This document shows, in pieces, positions 20,263 to 30,710 of a DNA stretch of 64,000 nt. The stretch lies in assembly GCA_965197465.1 (NCBI GenBank), contig OZ240209.1, positions 5,078,477 to 5,142,476 on the forward strand, in the 5' to 3' direction. Numbering within the stretch: the first letter of the stretch is position 1; the number at the start of each line of letters is the position of its first letter. This DNA comes from Candidatus Poribacteria bacterium. Its GTDB lineage: Bacteria; Poribacteria; WGA-4E; JAJDTR01. The notes beneath the pieces are model-generated. The model was given only the letters and a program-made list of their open reading frames with translations, was not told where the DNA came from and made no database searches. The position numbers and the translations under genes were made by a program.

Positions 20263-20472
20263 TACATTACTAAATCGGGAAAGAAATACCACCTAAAGAA
20301 ATACCACCTGGAGAGTTGCAACTGGGATAATAAGCCTATATCATTGACAGAGGTTAGGGATAGCTATGCTCCATGTGCTGTTTGTAATCCGTCGAAGTGT
20401 TCATGGCTCAAACCCAATAGAATTTCCTTGCTACTTGCCCGTAGCATCGTGTATGATAAGCACATGGTCTAA
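20197..20472 (+). CDS. Small Cys-motif protein (paralog; ..GKKYH..C..C-x2-C)
   Basis: N-terminus MLVYSNRAIDETDVSVDGE..VYITKSGKKYH is identical to 8236-8424. The C-terminus diverges. Confidence 0.45.
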   Translation: MLVYSNRAIDETDVSVDGEVTVYITKSGKKYHLKKYHLESCNWDNKPISLTEVRDSYAPCAVCNPSKCSWLKPNRISLLLARSIVYDKHMV

Positions 20473-20575
20473 TGTGGTCCATTTCTGCCACTCCCCCCAA
20501 TAGGTTGCAATTAGTAGGCTATATCTACCCACTGGCTCGAGTGGGAGCATTTAAGGTAGACTTTAAAGAAGTGTC

Positions 20576-20914
20576 TTGCTTGTCTTAGAACCTGTCGAGG
20601 AGATACGGATGTTTATCAAGACCGAATCTGGTATTATCCTTAATTGGGACGCAATAAGTAAGGTTGTCGTAGAACCACATACTAGTCGAGGTAATACATT
20701 TTTCACTCCTCCGCCGAATTGCAAAGTTGTAGCATACCTAGCACATTCAAATTCACCCATTGTAATTTCGTATTGTCATTTTGCAATGGCAAGAGAGATT
20801 ATGGATGCTATCGAAGAGGCACTAAGTGAGTCCCTCACACATCCCGATTTAGGGTCAATCTTTGCGAAACGACAACTCGCTCGTGAATTAGCAGGGCAGA
20901 ATGCCAATGAGTGA
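20576..20914 (+). CDS. Hypothetical protein (AT-rich island)
   Basis: ORF with a likely start at MFIKTESG. No recognisable domain. Confidence 0.3.
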   Translation: MLVLEPVEEIRMFIKTESGIILNWDAISKVVVEPHTSRGNTFFTPPPNCKVVAYLAHSNSPIVISYCHFAMAREIMDAIEEALSESLTHPDLGSIFAKRQLARELAGQNANE

Positions 20915-21323
20915 CGGGGATCGGGTTTCTCCGCTAAGTTTCAGAATCAAGTATCTGAAATCAGACTTGGTCTTTTTTTCTGTCGTATTATGTGTGTATA
21001 TTTTAATATTATTTCTGGACAAATCTCATACGGGGCTAGAGCGCATAATTTGGATTGTTGATCGTGTTGGCGTAGCTATACCTGTTGCCATTGTATTAAC
21101 ACTATACTTAGAATTAGGAGGGCTAGGTTTCGTGTTGTTAGCAAATTGGTACAACGAAATCCGCAATGCCAAGCGTGAGAAAGAACTTGAAGAGGCCAGA
21201 GAAGAAGGGCGACGTCAAGGACGTGCTGAGGCCGAAGCAGCGATGGAAGCGGCACAACAGGAGTCGTATGATGAAACTGCTTCCGATGCAGGAAACGAAT
21301 CCAGCTCGGACGAATCAGAGTGA
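20901..21323 (+). CDS. Hypothetical membrane protein with charged C-terminal tail
   Basis: Two or three TM helices, then a KREKELEEAREEGRRQGRAEAEAAMEAAQQE.. charged coil. Confidence 0.35.
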   Translation: MPMSDGDRVSPLSFRIKYLKSDLVFFSVVLCVYILILFLDKSHTGLERIIWIVDRVGVAIPVAIVLTLYLELGGLGFVLLANWYNEIRNAKREKELEEAREEGRRQGRAEAEAAMEAAQQESYDETASDAGNESSSDESE

Positions 21324-21401
21324 TTGGTTCGACATTTCGCACGCCGTGTTCTAATCCCTAGTTGTAAAGTTCTCCTGCGCCTATATTTACTTACTCAACA
21401 T

Positions 21402-21740
21402 CTAGTATGACTCCAACACTTGCTTAATCACTTTTCTCATCCCCTTTGTCGAGTTTGCGATATTGCACCCGCTATTCCCCTTTAACAATGGGTAGGTAGA
21501 ATTATATGGAGATTCCCTACCTTCTGTTAGCACTTCACAGATCGCTTCGCAAATCGGGGGAAGTGTTTTGACTGCCGATTCAACTTTGCCCAACAGTTCA
21601 TTCTCAATGACTACATTTGAGGGAAATCGTAATCGGGTTTCCTCAAGTGCCAACACATAATCATCTTTCAATTCTGCCTGCTGTTCATAATTACGAAGCC
21701 CAGCCTTGACTGACGCCACGCAGTCTGTTCGACAAAGCAA
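21402..21740 (-). CDS. Hypothetical protein
   Basis: 112-aa ORF in the AT-rich island. No recognisable domain. Confidence 0.25.
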   Translation of the reverse strand: MLCRTDCVASVKAGLRNYEQQAELKDDYVLALEETRLRFPSNVVIENELLGKVESAVKTLPPICEAICEVLTEGRESPYNSTYPLLKGNSGCNIANSTKGMRKVIKQVLESY

Positions 21741-21789
21741 AATCGCTGAAATTGCCTATGTCCCTTGCCTCCTTGTGGTCACGTGTCGC

Positions 21790-23598
21790 TTACTGCACAG
21801 GCAAGACTTGTGCGGGGATAAACCGTTTGACGTCGTGCATTGGCGTACTCCCCGATTTGAGGTGTTCGCGTTGGAAGAAGAGATATCTGTTCTCCGCGGC
21901 TTCGTCGTCGGATTCGCGCGGGGTGATGTCGATCACCGTGTTGCCTCGAAACTTCACCGTGTAGAGCGTGCCACAGATGGTATAGCGTTCGGTGGTTTCC
22001 GGCATGGGAAATTCAAGGTGAAGTTCCTCTCCGCCGGCAAGACCGTCGAACCGAATGTAACCGCCAACGCGGTGTACACCAATCGGCTTATTGTCCACGT
22101 AACAGGCAACTTGAGGCGCATCAATCCACCTCGGGAGGCGCACGTAAACCGCCCGCGCCTGCTTGTTACGGATGGCGACCTTGCCTTCGTAGGGGAGATA
22201 ACTGTGGATGTCCATCCACGGCGCCGCCCGATTGAGGAGCAGATTCACGGTGGCTGCGCCGTTGGAAAACCGCGTGATGCCTTCCCACACGGTATATAAA
22301 GCGCGGCTCCCGTTTGCCGTACAGCATCCGAAAACGGAGGAGTGCGGGTTGACGAGTAACTTTGCTTGCGTGAAACCGCCCAGAAATTGCCGATGCACTT
22401 CATCGTATGCGTGGCTGCCACAGGCATGCTGCATGCGCTCTAGGTCTGTCACCTGTAACTCCACGAAATGGTTGCGAACAATGCTGTCTACGTCATCCCA
22501 ATAGTCGCCCAGCCCGGCATCGGTGAGTCGAATCGCCAGGATCAGCGTGTCCGCAACCCCGCAGCCTTCATTTTGCTCCAGACTCCACTCTCGGTCCCTG
22601 CCCATCATCGGCTTGATCCAGCCGGGCATGAAGCCTAGCCGAATGACGCCGTGGCGACGTGCATGTTCGTAGCCTTCCCGCACAACTTGCGAGAGCGCTG
22701 AATCGTTTTCGGTAAGGGCAAAATGTAGAAGGGTTTCCAAGAAACCCATATTCCCGTGGAAATGTCCGGTAAACTGACCATGTTCATGCGGCGGGACGCT
22801 CGTATCGTCAGTCTCCTGGCTCCAGAGTGCCGGCTTCAGGCAAAACTTGACCAGCTTTCGTGCGCAAATCAGCGCCTCCTCATCGCCCGTCATTTGGTAA
22901 CATTGCATTAGCGCCTTGATGGGGGCGGCGTGCTCGAACTTCACCGTGCCTTCCTGCCCCTGCGAGTCGTGTATCGGTTCGTCGGGCGGCGAGTAGGGGA
23001 GATATCCGGGTGCGTCGCCGCGACCGCGCAGCGTCCAACGCCAAACACCTGACGAATCGAGGCTGCATTCAGGGGGGATATAGGCGTACTCTCCGCAGTC
23101 AATCATCCCTCGCTTCAGACCACGCCACAGTAGGTGAAGCCATGGCAACCAGACATCGTCCCCGTCGACTCCGATCCGCAACGCCAATGCCTGCGCCAAG
23201 ATACCGTTGAACATCGGGTAGGAGGTGTTAGGAGGGGGACCATCGCCGCTGATGGGGCAATAGAGCAAGCCATCGGGATGAATTTGGTTGAGGAACGCCT
23301 GCCACGCTAGGTTTTCCGCATCAAGATTTTGATCGCTTCCGCACATCAAGCGGACGAGCGGCAATGTCCTCAAGAATTTGGGTGTCAGCCAGTTCGGCGG
23401 TCCTATCATCGGCGGCTGTTGGCTAAAGCGATATGTTTGCGTTATGGCATAGCCTTCATCGGGGCGGAAATTCGTCAGTGCGTTAACCGCCAGCGTTGCG
23501 CGCTCCGCCAAATCGAGCGTATCGGGGGCAGTAGTCGTATTGTGCTCCCCGGGTGGGGCGCCAATGGCAACGTCATGATGATTCATGGTTTTTAGCAT
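21790..23598 (-). CDS. Hypothetical protein, possibly (alpha/alpha)6-toroid glycoside-hydrolase-like (GH127/DUF1680-like?)
   Basis: 602 aa. The assignment is a guess from size and composition; no catalytic motif was verified. Confidence 0.3.
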   Translation of the reverse strand: MLKTMNHHDVAIGAPPGEHNTTTAPDTLDLAERATLAVNALTNFRPDEGYAITQTYRFSQQPPMIGPPNWLTPKFLRTLPLVRLMCGSDQNLDAENLAWQAFLNQIHPDGLLYCPISGDGPPPNTSYPMFNGILAQALALRIGVDGDDVWLPWLHLLWRGLKRGMIDCGEYAYIPPECSLDSSGVWRWTLRGRGDAPGYLPYSPPDEPIHDSQGQEGTVKFEHAAPIKALMQCYQMTGDEEALICARKLVKFCLKPALWSQETDDTSVPPHEHGQFTGHFHGNMGFLETLLHFALTENDSALSQVVREGYEHARRHGVIRLGFMPGWIKPMMGRDREWSLEQNEGCGVADTLILAIRLTDAGLGDYWDDVDSIVRNHFVELQVTDLERMQHACGSHAYDEVHRQFLGGFTQAKLLVNPHSSVFGCCTANGSRALYTVWEGITRFSNGAATVNLLLNRAAPWMDIHSYLPYEGKVAIRNKQARAVYVRLPRWIDAPQVACYVDNKPIGVHRVGGYIRFDGLAGGEELHLEFPMPETTERYTICGTLYTVKFRGNTVIDITPRESDDEAAENRYLFFQREHLKSGSTPMHDVKRFIPAQVLPVQ

Positions 23599-23959
23599 AC
23601 GGATTTATGCCTTCTACAAGGGTTGGCTATTTAGCTATTCCTGTATTAGTGGTTTTCTCGCCGAGTGAATAGGGTAAGTGTTGGGTGTCGATATTTAACA
23701 TTGTCTGAACTGTGATTCATGGGATCTCTATGGGATTTCTATCGCAGTCACTATTCGTTCCTTTCATCACTCGCTATTCGCTCGCTTGATTGGTCGGTTG
23801 ATTCTACGGAGTTGCGAGTAAAACTCGCTCCTACAGAGGACACGCAATAAATGAAGATCCCATCTTCGATTTGACGATCGAAGGGCGCTACTGTAAACCG
23901 AACTGCGTAAATCCTATATGTTTAATTCTTAGTTGCACTGACTATAGTAGCGAATTGGG

Positions 23960-25429
23960 TTAGTACGCCACTGAGGTCAGAACCTCGTGTACAATGATCG
24001 GGTTGTCTGTCTTATCTAGCTTAGAATCGCACCAGACAGTTAGGTCGTTGCGTCCCACGTTCATGATGTCGGAGGGTACTTCTGCCGAATAGCAGCCGTT
24101 CCGGGGCTGCAGGTCTAGCAGCGTATGGTTGAGGCGCATCCAGACCTTTGCGTCAGTGCCTCCGCCGGTGGTCAGTGCATGAATCCGGAAGTGCGCGTCG
24201 GGATTATTCGCGTCGGGTCCCATCTTCAGAGGTAATCTGCGTTCATGGATGTCCAACGGAATGGGAAGCGGAGCGATCTCGGAAGCCTGACTGAACATTC
24301 CTGCGACCGCGAGCGGTTCGATGCCGTAAAGCTTGTTCTTGCCGGCAATTTCGGCAGGATCGCCAATTTCTTTTAGCGGCGCGTGGACACGCTTGCTATC
24401 CAATCCCCGCACGTCTACGTGGGTGAAAATGTTAAACAGATAAATACCATTAACGCCTTCGTGCCACCACCAGGCGGCGGCTCCACGGATGTATTCCTGC
24501 CATGCGTAAGGCTGCGCCGCTATCTCGGGGCACCACCGGAGAGGAGGTCTGGCACAGAACGAAGGATAGACGGACACCCCGTAACGCTCCCCCACGGCTT
24601 TCCAGCCCTCTAGATTGAATGTGAACGGCATTAACCCCATGCCGACAACCAAGACATCCACCAGCCCTTGCGACAGCCAGGTTTCGATGTCCTGTCCAAG
24701 GAGAAGGGAGCTCTCAATGGAATCCATCACACGCACCACCAATGTGTATGGACGATTACGTTGGCGGGCGATAGCGTTCAACTCAGAGCGTACGCTCCGC
24801 ACGAAGTCTGTCATGAGCGGGGCAAGTTCGCGTTCTCTGCCCAACGGGAAGTTCCAGATCCAGCGCGAAAAATCCAGCTCGTAGCCGTCGAAGTCGTGGG
24901 CGGCGGCATTGCGGCGGATGAAATCGAGCCGATACTCTCGCACTTCGGGGCGCTCGAAGTTGAAGGCGGTACGCAACATACGTTCAATCTGTTCTTCGGG
25001 GAGATTGCGGTCGTCGGACTTTCCGATTAGGTATTCGGGATGTTCGGCTTTAAGGGGATCGTTGGTTTCCTCCATGTCGAGTTCGTGGTCGTGCAGGTCG
25101 TTCATGCGAAGCGAACCCCAGATCTCCATCTGCTGGGCGTGGCACGCTTCGACGATGAGGTCGGTTGCGCGCTGTGATGAACCGAGCACGGGCCAGACAG
25201 GGCCACGGTGTTTGGGACCCCAAACGGGCCCCCACGGCGGATCGCAGCCGTTTCCGACACACCAGACGTATGTGTCGACGTGCGTGTCGAAGGTCGGTGT
25301 GGTTCTGGCATCAATGAACGATTGCTCGTCGGTGACGTTGTACCAGTGTTTGCGGCTGCTCTGGTTTGTTTGCTGGTATGCGTCATCGTTATAGATGAGG
25401 CGTCGTTTTCGGTGCTTTTCAAATAGCAT
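23960..25429 (-). CDS. Hypothetical protein, possible TIM-barrel glycosidase-like
   Basis: 489-aa ORF rich in Trp and acidic residues. Family not recognised with confidence. Confidence 0.3.
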   Translation of the reverse strand: MLFEKHRKRRLIYNDDAYQQTNQSSRKHWYNVTDEQSFIDARTTPTFDTHVDTYVWCVGNGCDPPWGPVWGPKHRGPVWPVLGSSQRATDLIVEACHAQQMEIWGSLRMNDLHDHELDMEETNDPLKAEHPEYLIGKSDDRNLPEEQIERMLRTAFNFERPEVREYRLDFIRRNAAAHDFDGYELDFSRWIWNFPLGRERELAPLMTDFVRSVRSELNAIARQRNRPYTLVVRVMDSIESSLLLGQDIETWLSQGLVDVLVVGMGLMPFTFNLEGWKAVGERYGVSVYPSFCARPPLRWCPEIAAQPYAWQEYIRGAAAWWWHEGVNGIYLFNIFTHVDVRGLDSKRVHAPLKEIGDPAEIAGKNKLYGIEPLAVAGMFSQASEIAPLPIPLDIHERRLPLKMGPDANNPDAHFRIHALTTGGGTDAKVWMRLNHTLLDLQPRNGCYSAEVPSDIMNVGRNDLTVWCDSKLDKTDNPIIVHEVLTSVAY

Positions 25430-25699
25430 GTGCTCACAATCTTCCTAAAATATCTATTCGCCAAGAATTTATGGTAGGTATTGGGCGTCGGAAGTTTACA
25501 TTGTCTGAATTGTGATTCATGGGATTTCTATCGCACGGGATCTACTATCGCGTTCCCTATCCGGTCACTTGATCGCTCCGCTGGAGCGAAAGAGTGAGCG
25601 ATTCAATTCTGATTAGAAATCCGTTGGGTTTAATAAGGCAGTAACTCCGGTCATTTATGACAATGGGTTTGCTGCCCATCTGATGCAGTCCATCGGTTT

Positions 25700-26953
25700 T
25701 TACTGATAAAACCATTCCAATGGATAGATGCGCAGTACACGTTCACTGGTCAAGCGTGCCTCCTCGCCTTGCTGTGCCATCCAACCGCGGGAGTAGATCA
25801 CGTAGACCTTGTCGGCGGCGAAGCAGATGTTGGGATAGTAGATGTTCGCGTAATCATCGGGCAGAGTGCCGACATAGTGCTGGGATCGCACCGGTCGAAT
25901 GGGGTATTCCGCGGGGATGCGCTCCACATCCTCCAGCCCCGCGCTAAGCTCCAAAGTCTTAAAGTTCTCCCAGGTTGCACCGCTGTCACGGGATATTGCG
26001 GCTGATAATCGCCCTCTGAGATATCCGCGGCGTATCTCTGCGTTAGAGACCTGATTCCACACACATATTAGATCGCCCGTCCCAGGGATGCGACGCAGCC
26101 GCGGCGGTGAATAGGAGCACCCCAATTCGGTGGGCTTGACGGCACTCCACGTCTGGGCATCGTCTCTGCTGTAGCTGTAGAGTATCCTGCCAACGGTCGA
26201 TCGAGCAAAGAATAACACCCCGCCGTCTTTGGTTTCAGCTACCGAGGGCTCATCACAGGGCGTCACGCCGCAATTGCCGTTGACCACACCCTCGAAATCG
26301 AACCAACCCATCAGGCAGCCGTATTCCTTAAAGGGGCTCCACGTGCGCCCCTCATCGTCGGAGTAGTACACGAAGGCAATCTCCATCTGTGGGCAGTGCC
26401 CCTCTCCTTCGACCGAAGCCGGCAACCCTTTCCAGGTGCCCCATCCCTCGCACTCCGGGACACGGGACGCGCCGCCTATCGGCAACCCAAAGCCATCGTC
26501 AGGATGGTAGCCTCCCAACACGGTTCTTCGCGGGCACAACAGTCTACCGCCGGACAGTTGGATTATGGTGTCAGACCAGCCGCGTTTAGCGGTATCCAAG
26601 GGAATATGGCGAGGTCTATCCCACGTTTCTCCATTGTCTTGCGATATCCATATCCGGTCGTCGCTCGTCAGCGCTATTGCGCCTGAATTGAGGCAGGTCA
26701 ACCCGTTTCCGTCTACCCCGTCACCGAATGAGCGTGGCTCGCTCCAGGTTCTGCCTCCGTCCGAGGAGACGCTCCCGTTTTGCGCCAGCAGGCTTCCATC
26801 GGGCAGCTCCACAAGGCTGCTGACGCCGGTACCGATAATTTCGACCACTCCTTCGGGGGGCGGCTTGCGCCAGCCTGGCTTGGTTGCTGCTTGTTCAGCG
26901 GTGTTGCCAACGGAATTGTATACTAGAGCGCCCAAAAAAGTTGATATTTGCAT
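25700..26953 (-). CDS. BNR/Asp-box repeat sialidase-like (GH33-like) secreted protein
   Basis: Asp-boxes SSDGGRTWSE, SQDNGETWDR, SDDEGRTWSP, SRDDAQTWSA, SRDSGATWEN. Signal peptide from MQISTFLGAL. Lacks the TWGAIK tail. Confidence 0.6.
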   Translation of the reverse strand: MQISTFLGALVYNSVGNTAEQAATKPGWRKPPPEGVVEIIGTGVSSLVELPDGSLLAQNGSVSSDGGRTWSEPRSFGDGVDGNGLTCLNSGAIALTSDDRIWISQDNGETWDRPRHIPLDTAKRGWSDTIIQLSGGRLLCPRRTVLGGYHPDDGFGLPIGGASRVPECEGWGTWKGLPASVEGEGHCPQMEIAFVYYSDDEGRTWSPFKEYGCLMGWFDFEGVVNGNCGVTPCDEPSVAETKDGGVLFFARSTVGRILYSYSRDDAQTWSAVKPTELGCSYSPPRLRRIPGTGDLICVWNQVSNAEIRRGYLRGRLSAAISRDSGATWENFKTLELSAGLEDVERIPAEYPIRPVRSQHYVGTLPDDYANIYYPNICFAADKVYVIYSRGWMAQQGEEARLTSERVLRIYPLEWFYQ

Positions 26954-27459
26954 GGTATGATTTTTCCTGGTCAAGTATCTATAGGAGAACTTAGCGTCGG
27001 TGACTCTCCTGTCGCCTTGTTTTCCATCCGGGGATAGCGGTCATTAAAAATTATACCATTTCTATAAAACGAAAGTGCATTGATAATGTGATCGAGTAAA
27101 GAAACTTGCGTAGAGTGGAGTAAGAACCCTTGTCTCCGCGCAAAGTCGGCGGGGCAAGATGCCCCGCCTACGGAAAAATTGAACGATATCACCAAGACAT
27201 CATATGCACTGTCATTCAAGCGAAATGGTATTAGTTTTCCGTGAGACGGCGTTTTTGGCAGCGGACACGCCCAACATTGGTGATTCTACTCAATCTTTGG
27301 GACAATGTCAAGAAGTCGGTACAGGAGAACCGCATCTAAAGGCCTGTTGTCGGTGATTAGGGGTGAGTTAAAACCAAAGATTTGCGAAGGAGTCCATCTT
27401 CGATGGGTTGGGCAGCACCATCGGCAAAAACAACCCGCACAGTTTGAGGTGTTCTATTT

Positions 27460-27545
27460 CGGTTCAAGTCTGCCTCATTGAAAAGCGGAAGCTCATTGTG
27501 CTTGATAGCCATTCGCGTTTAACCACTCAACCCAACCCACGGCAC
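27460..27545 (+). repeat. About 90-bp direct repeat, copy 1 (flanks the coiled-coil gene)
   Basis: tttcggttcaagtctgcctcattgaaaagcggaagctcattgtgcttgatagccattcgcgtttaaccactcaacccaacccacggcac is about 93% identical to 28415-28500. Confidence 0.8.
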
Positions 27546-27654
27546 TGGCCACTGTCTTTCCGCTTGACACCATCGCGAAACTAGACTATAATTGGTTTGT
27601 ACCGAGATAGATAGTAGGTCCAACCTTCAGCACATTGAGCGGGAGTATTAAATC

Positions 27655-28053
27655 GTGTCCTTGTCGGAACTAATACCATTATTGGCACTTGTCGTTACCA
27701 ATCTAGTTGCAGTGGTGGGTATTGTCTATTATATGGCATCGACACTAGGCAAGCGAATAGACGGTCTCGACAAGCGGATAGACGGTCTCGACAAGCGGAT
27801 AGACGGTCTCGACAAGCGGATAGACGATCTTAACTCCAATATGAACGCGCGGTTCAGCGATGTGAATGCGCGGTTAGGCGATTTAAGCCACCAGATGGAC
27901 ACTCGCTTTAGCGATATGAACGCCCGGATCGATGACCTCCGAACACAAATGAACCGGGAACACGACAACCTCTCCCGGAAAGTCGATACCCTGACCGACA
28001 CAGTCACCGCTCACATCGCCAATCAGGAAATTCACCAGAGCCCGCGAGTTTGA
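27655..28053 (+). CDS. Membrane-anchored coiled-coil protein with tandem heptad repeats
   Basis: N-terminal TM. Four tandem repeats of GLDKRID encoded by exact 21-bp tandem DNA repeats (27750-27833), followed by NARFSD-like repeats. Confidence 0.55.
   Translation: MSLSELIPLLALVVTNLVAVVGIVYYMASTLGKRIDGLDKRIDGLDKRIDGLDKRIDDLNSNMNARFSDVNARLGDLSHQMDTRFSDMNARIDDLRTQMNREHDNLSRKVDTLTDTVTAHIANQEIHQSPRV
27750..27833 (+). repeat. Four tandem 21-bp repeats inside the CDS
   Basis: gacaagcggatagacggtctc x4 with minor variation. Confidence 0.85.
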
Positions 28054-28414
28054 GGACAATCCGCCTAAGGAGAAAACGCCTCCGTAAGTGCTTAGGTCCA
28101 CGTAATACGATCTCAAAATCGTAACTGTTTAGTCCATTGTTTTCTGGGGTCGAGTGCTATAAATATAGACGGTCTTTTTGCTATTTTTTCAGGCGTACAA
28201 CGTGTGGACACCCATTCCTCTGGTTCGTAGTAGGGCAATTCATTGCCCGTCTTATGCCTTCAGGGGGTTTACTAACCACTAATCACTAGCCACTAAACAC
28301 TTACTCAAAATCTATATGTTACAGCCGATTCGAGACGCGCAATGAATTGCGCTACTACGAACCCTTGGTTCTTGTAACTTACGGAATACGAATTAGTATA
28401 AGTTGGGTTTCGTT

Positions 28415-28500
28415 CCATTTCGGTTCAAGTCCGCCTCATTGAAAAGCAGAATCTCATTGTGCTTGATTGCCATTCGCATTTAACCACTCAACCCAACCTA
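28415..28500 (+). repeat. About 90-bp direct repeat, copy 2
   Basis: Matches 27460-27545. Confidence 0.8.
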
Positions 28501-28727
28501 CGGCACCTCCATCTACAATCACCGACTCCCCAATCTCTCTCTCCCTGCCACGCTTATGGGGTCGCGACCGGGAGGTTGCTCCTACCATGGGATTTACTAT
28601 TGCCTTAAGATTTCTATCGCGTGCCCTATATGGTCACTTGATCGTTCGCTTGATCCCACCCCACAAAATGGCTTGATCCCTATGTCGCGCCTAACGATGT
28701 CCTCTTGAGGGATTGACGCGCCTTGGT

Positions 28728-30710
28728 TTAGTGAATTGAGAAGGTATAGGGCGGGATGTGGAGGATGATGCCAAGCGCGCTCCAAAAACTACCCACCACA
28801 AATTCGCCGAGGACTAGCCCCAAGAAAAACGGAATGGCTTTCCGATGAGCGCGTAACCCGCCGCATTTGATGATTACCCATTTTGCAACGGTACTAATCA
28901 CCAAGCAGAACCAGATATAGTCTGTACCAAAGTTGATGGAGAAGGCGTAGCCTGCCGGGTGAAATGGCCACCAGAGGAATCGCTGGCGCATCGCCATCAG
29001 CAGCATGGTAAAGCTAAACCCGAGCCCCATAGCTAGAACCGCACCGTAGTTTGTTCCTGACGGGTGAGACAACCCTTTGTGCATCGCCGTGAAGCCCTCC
29101 CTCCCGCTGAAGGTAAACGGCATCCCGCCTTCGTACGAATAATGCAACAGAATCCAAAAGGAGGTGGGAATTGCCACAACTGCCGCCAACATCATGCCGA
29201 TCACGAGATGCCGTAAGCCTATATTCGCCTGCTCGCCGATTTTAAGATTTTCCAAGTATTCCGGCATCGGATGACTGGGATAATTGCGGTTGAAAAACCG
29301 GAAAAGGGCAATAACACTCAGGTTCGACGCTCCCAATCGACGAGGGCCGAAAACATTTACGACGATTCCGCTTGCATTGACAGCCCACAAATTCTGGTGA
29401 GCGGGGGCACTCTCCGCACGCGCTCTCGACAATGCGAGGAATATGGCGTAGTCGATGCCGAAAAACACCACAATGACCCAAGGTGACATCCCGGCATAAT
29501 AGGAGAACCCAAAGATAAACAACATGCTCCCAGCGAGTCCTACGAATGCCCACCGCTGATGCCGTACTTCCTCCCAATTCGATGCGGTGCGGGGTCGGAG
29601 TAATCCCCGGAAAACCGTCACGAAATGTCGACGCGTGAGCCACAACGCCAGAACGGCTATGCCCAACCACGCGCCTTGGGCTTGATAATCGAAAAAACGG
29701 CCGCTGCCCCGCGGGTAACTGTGGCCGCCTGCAATGGCTACCGGTACCTGAAGTATCTTCCTAAAGAGATAGAAAAACCAGAGAGAAAAGGATAGATCCA
29801 GCGGCAGGAAAAAACTCATGCCGATGACGAAGGGATAAAACGAAATGGGAGTCCAGCCGATAGCGTTCCAAGGCGGCTCTGTGAAAAGTGGGCCAATACT
29901 GCGCAGTTTTACGTGTAGATAGGGAACAACTGGGAATAGGAAGTGGAGTCCGTTAAGGGTATCAATCCCCGCAGCAATGGCAAACCCCGCCCACAGCAAC
30001 TTTGACTTGAACACCCTAGACTGCCTGTGTGTCATCACGAGCGGCACCTGAATGACAGGATAGGCGAGTTTTTCACGCTCGACCCACTGCTTTCGGACAA
30101 TTACGCAGAGACAGAACATACCTGTGAGGAGCGCCAGGATGAACAGCGACCACCAGAAAACGGGAACAATCCACGTGAAGACGTGCAGGTCGGTGTAGAG
30201 GGTGGACTGCCCCTCGAAGAATCCCTGTACAGCGCGTTTGTCGCTGATGGTAAGCCAGGTGGGAACGTGAGGGTGGATGAGTTGCGCCCATTCATTTTCC
30301 GGGGTTGCAAACCAATGGGCATAAGGAATAGTTGGGACAAGCAAGGGGAGAAAATGATGTCCGGCAATTGAGGTTGCAACACACAGCATGGCGTAGATTG
30401 TCAATAACTCCTCGCGCCGCATCGCCCTTAACGGGGCAATCTTCTGCAGTAACCGATTGATTGACAGGAGGACGAATAGACTAAAAACGGTGTTGAAGAA
30501 TAGCGTTGTAAGTGTCGGATGCCCCGCATTCCATATATCCTCCGACATGATAACCCAGTAACAATTTAGGGGTACCAGCACCAATCCGAGCGCAATAGTG
30601 CGCCAAGGCGTGAGGGTAGAGGAACTTGGTTTGTGCGAGGACGCTTGGAATTGGCTTGGTTCAAGCGGCATGGAGTAGGCTCCATTTGTTGCAATAGCGC
30701 AGACATGCAA
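28728..30710 (-). CDS. Large polytopic membrane protein, unknown function (paralog of 61885-63816)
   Basis: More than 12 predicted TM segments. Shares ..ATPENEW.QL.., ..EREKLAYPV.., ..EPPWNAIG..FYPFVIG..LPLDL.FS.W.F.. blocks with the 61885 gene. Alternative start at 30671 (MPLEP). Confidence 0.55.
   Translation of the reverse strand: MHVCAIATNGAYSMPLEPSQFQASSHKPSSSTLTPWRTIALGLVLVPLNCYWVIMSEDIWNAGHPTLTTLFFNTVFSLFVLLSINRLLQKIAPLRAMRREELLTIYAMLCVATSIAGHHFLPLLVPTIPYAHWFATPENEWAQLIHPHVPTWLTISDKRAVQGFFEGQSTLYTDLHVFTWIVPVFWWSLFILALLTGMFCLCVIVRKQWVEREKLAYPVIQVPLVMTHRQSRVFKSKLLWAGFAIAAGIDTLNGLHFLFPVVPYLHVKLRSIGPLFTEPPWNAIGWTPISFYPFVIGMSFFLPLDLSFSLWFFYLFRKILQVPVAIAGGHSYPRGSGRFFDYQAQGAWLGIAVLALWLTRRHFVTVFRGLLRPRTASNWEEVRHQRWAFVGLAGSMLFIFGFSYYAGMSPWVIVVFFGIDYAIFLALSRARAESAPAHQNLWAVNASGIVVNVFGPRRLGASNLSVIALFRFFNRNYPSHPMPEYLENLKIGEQANIGLRHLVIGMMLAAVVAIPTSFWILLHYSYEGGMPFTFSGREGFTAMHKGLSHPSGTNYGAVLAMGLGFSFTMLLMAMRQRFLWWPFHPAGYAFSINFGTDYIWFCLVISTVAKWVIIKCGGLRAHRKAIPFFLGLVLGEFVVGSFWSALGIILHIPPYTFSIH

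Noticed and set aside
27460-27545. tRNA-like T-arm motif (ggttcaagtcc) inside the 90-bp direct repeat
   Set aside because: No acceptor stem, anticodon arm or CCA context could be folded. The motif is part of a repeat present twice, so it is not a tRNA gene; at most it is a tRNA-derived fragment.
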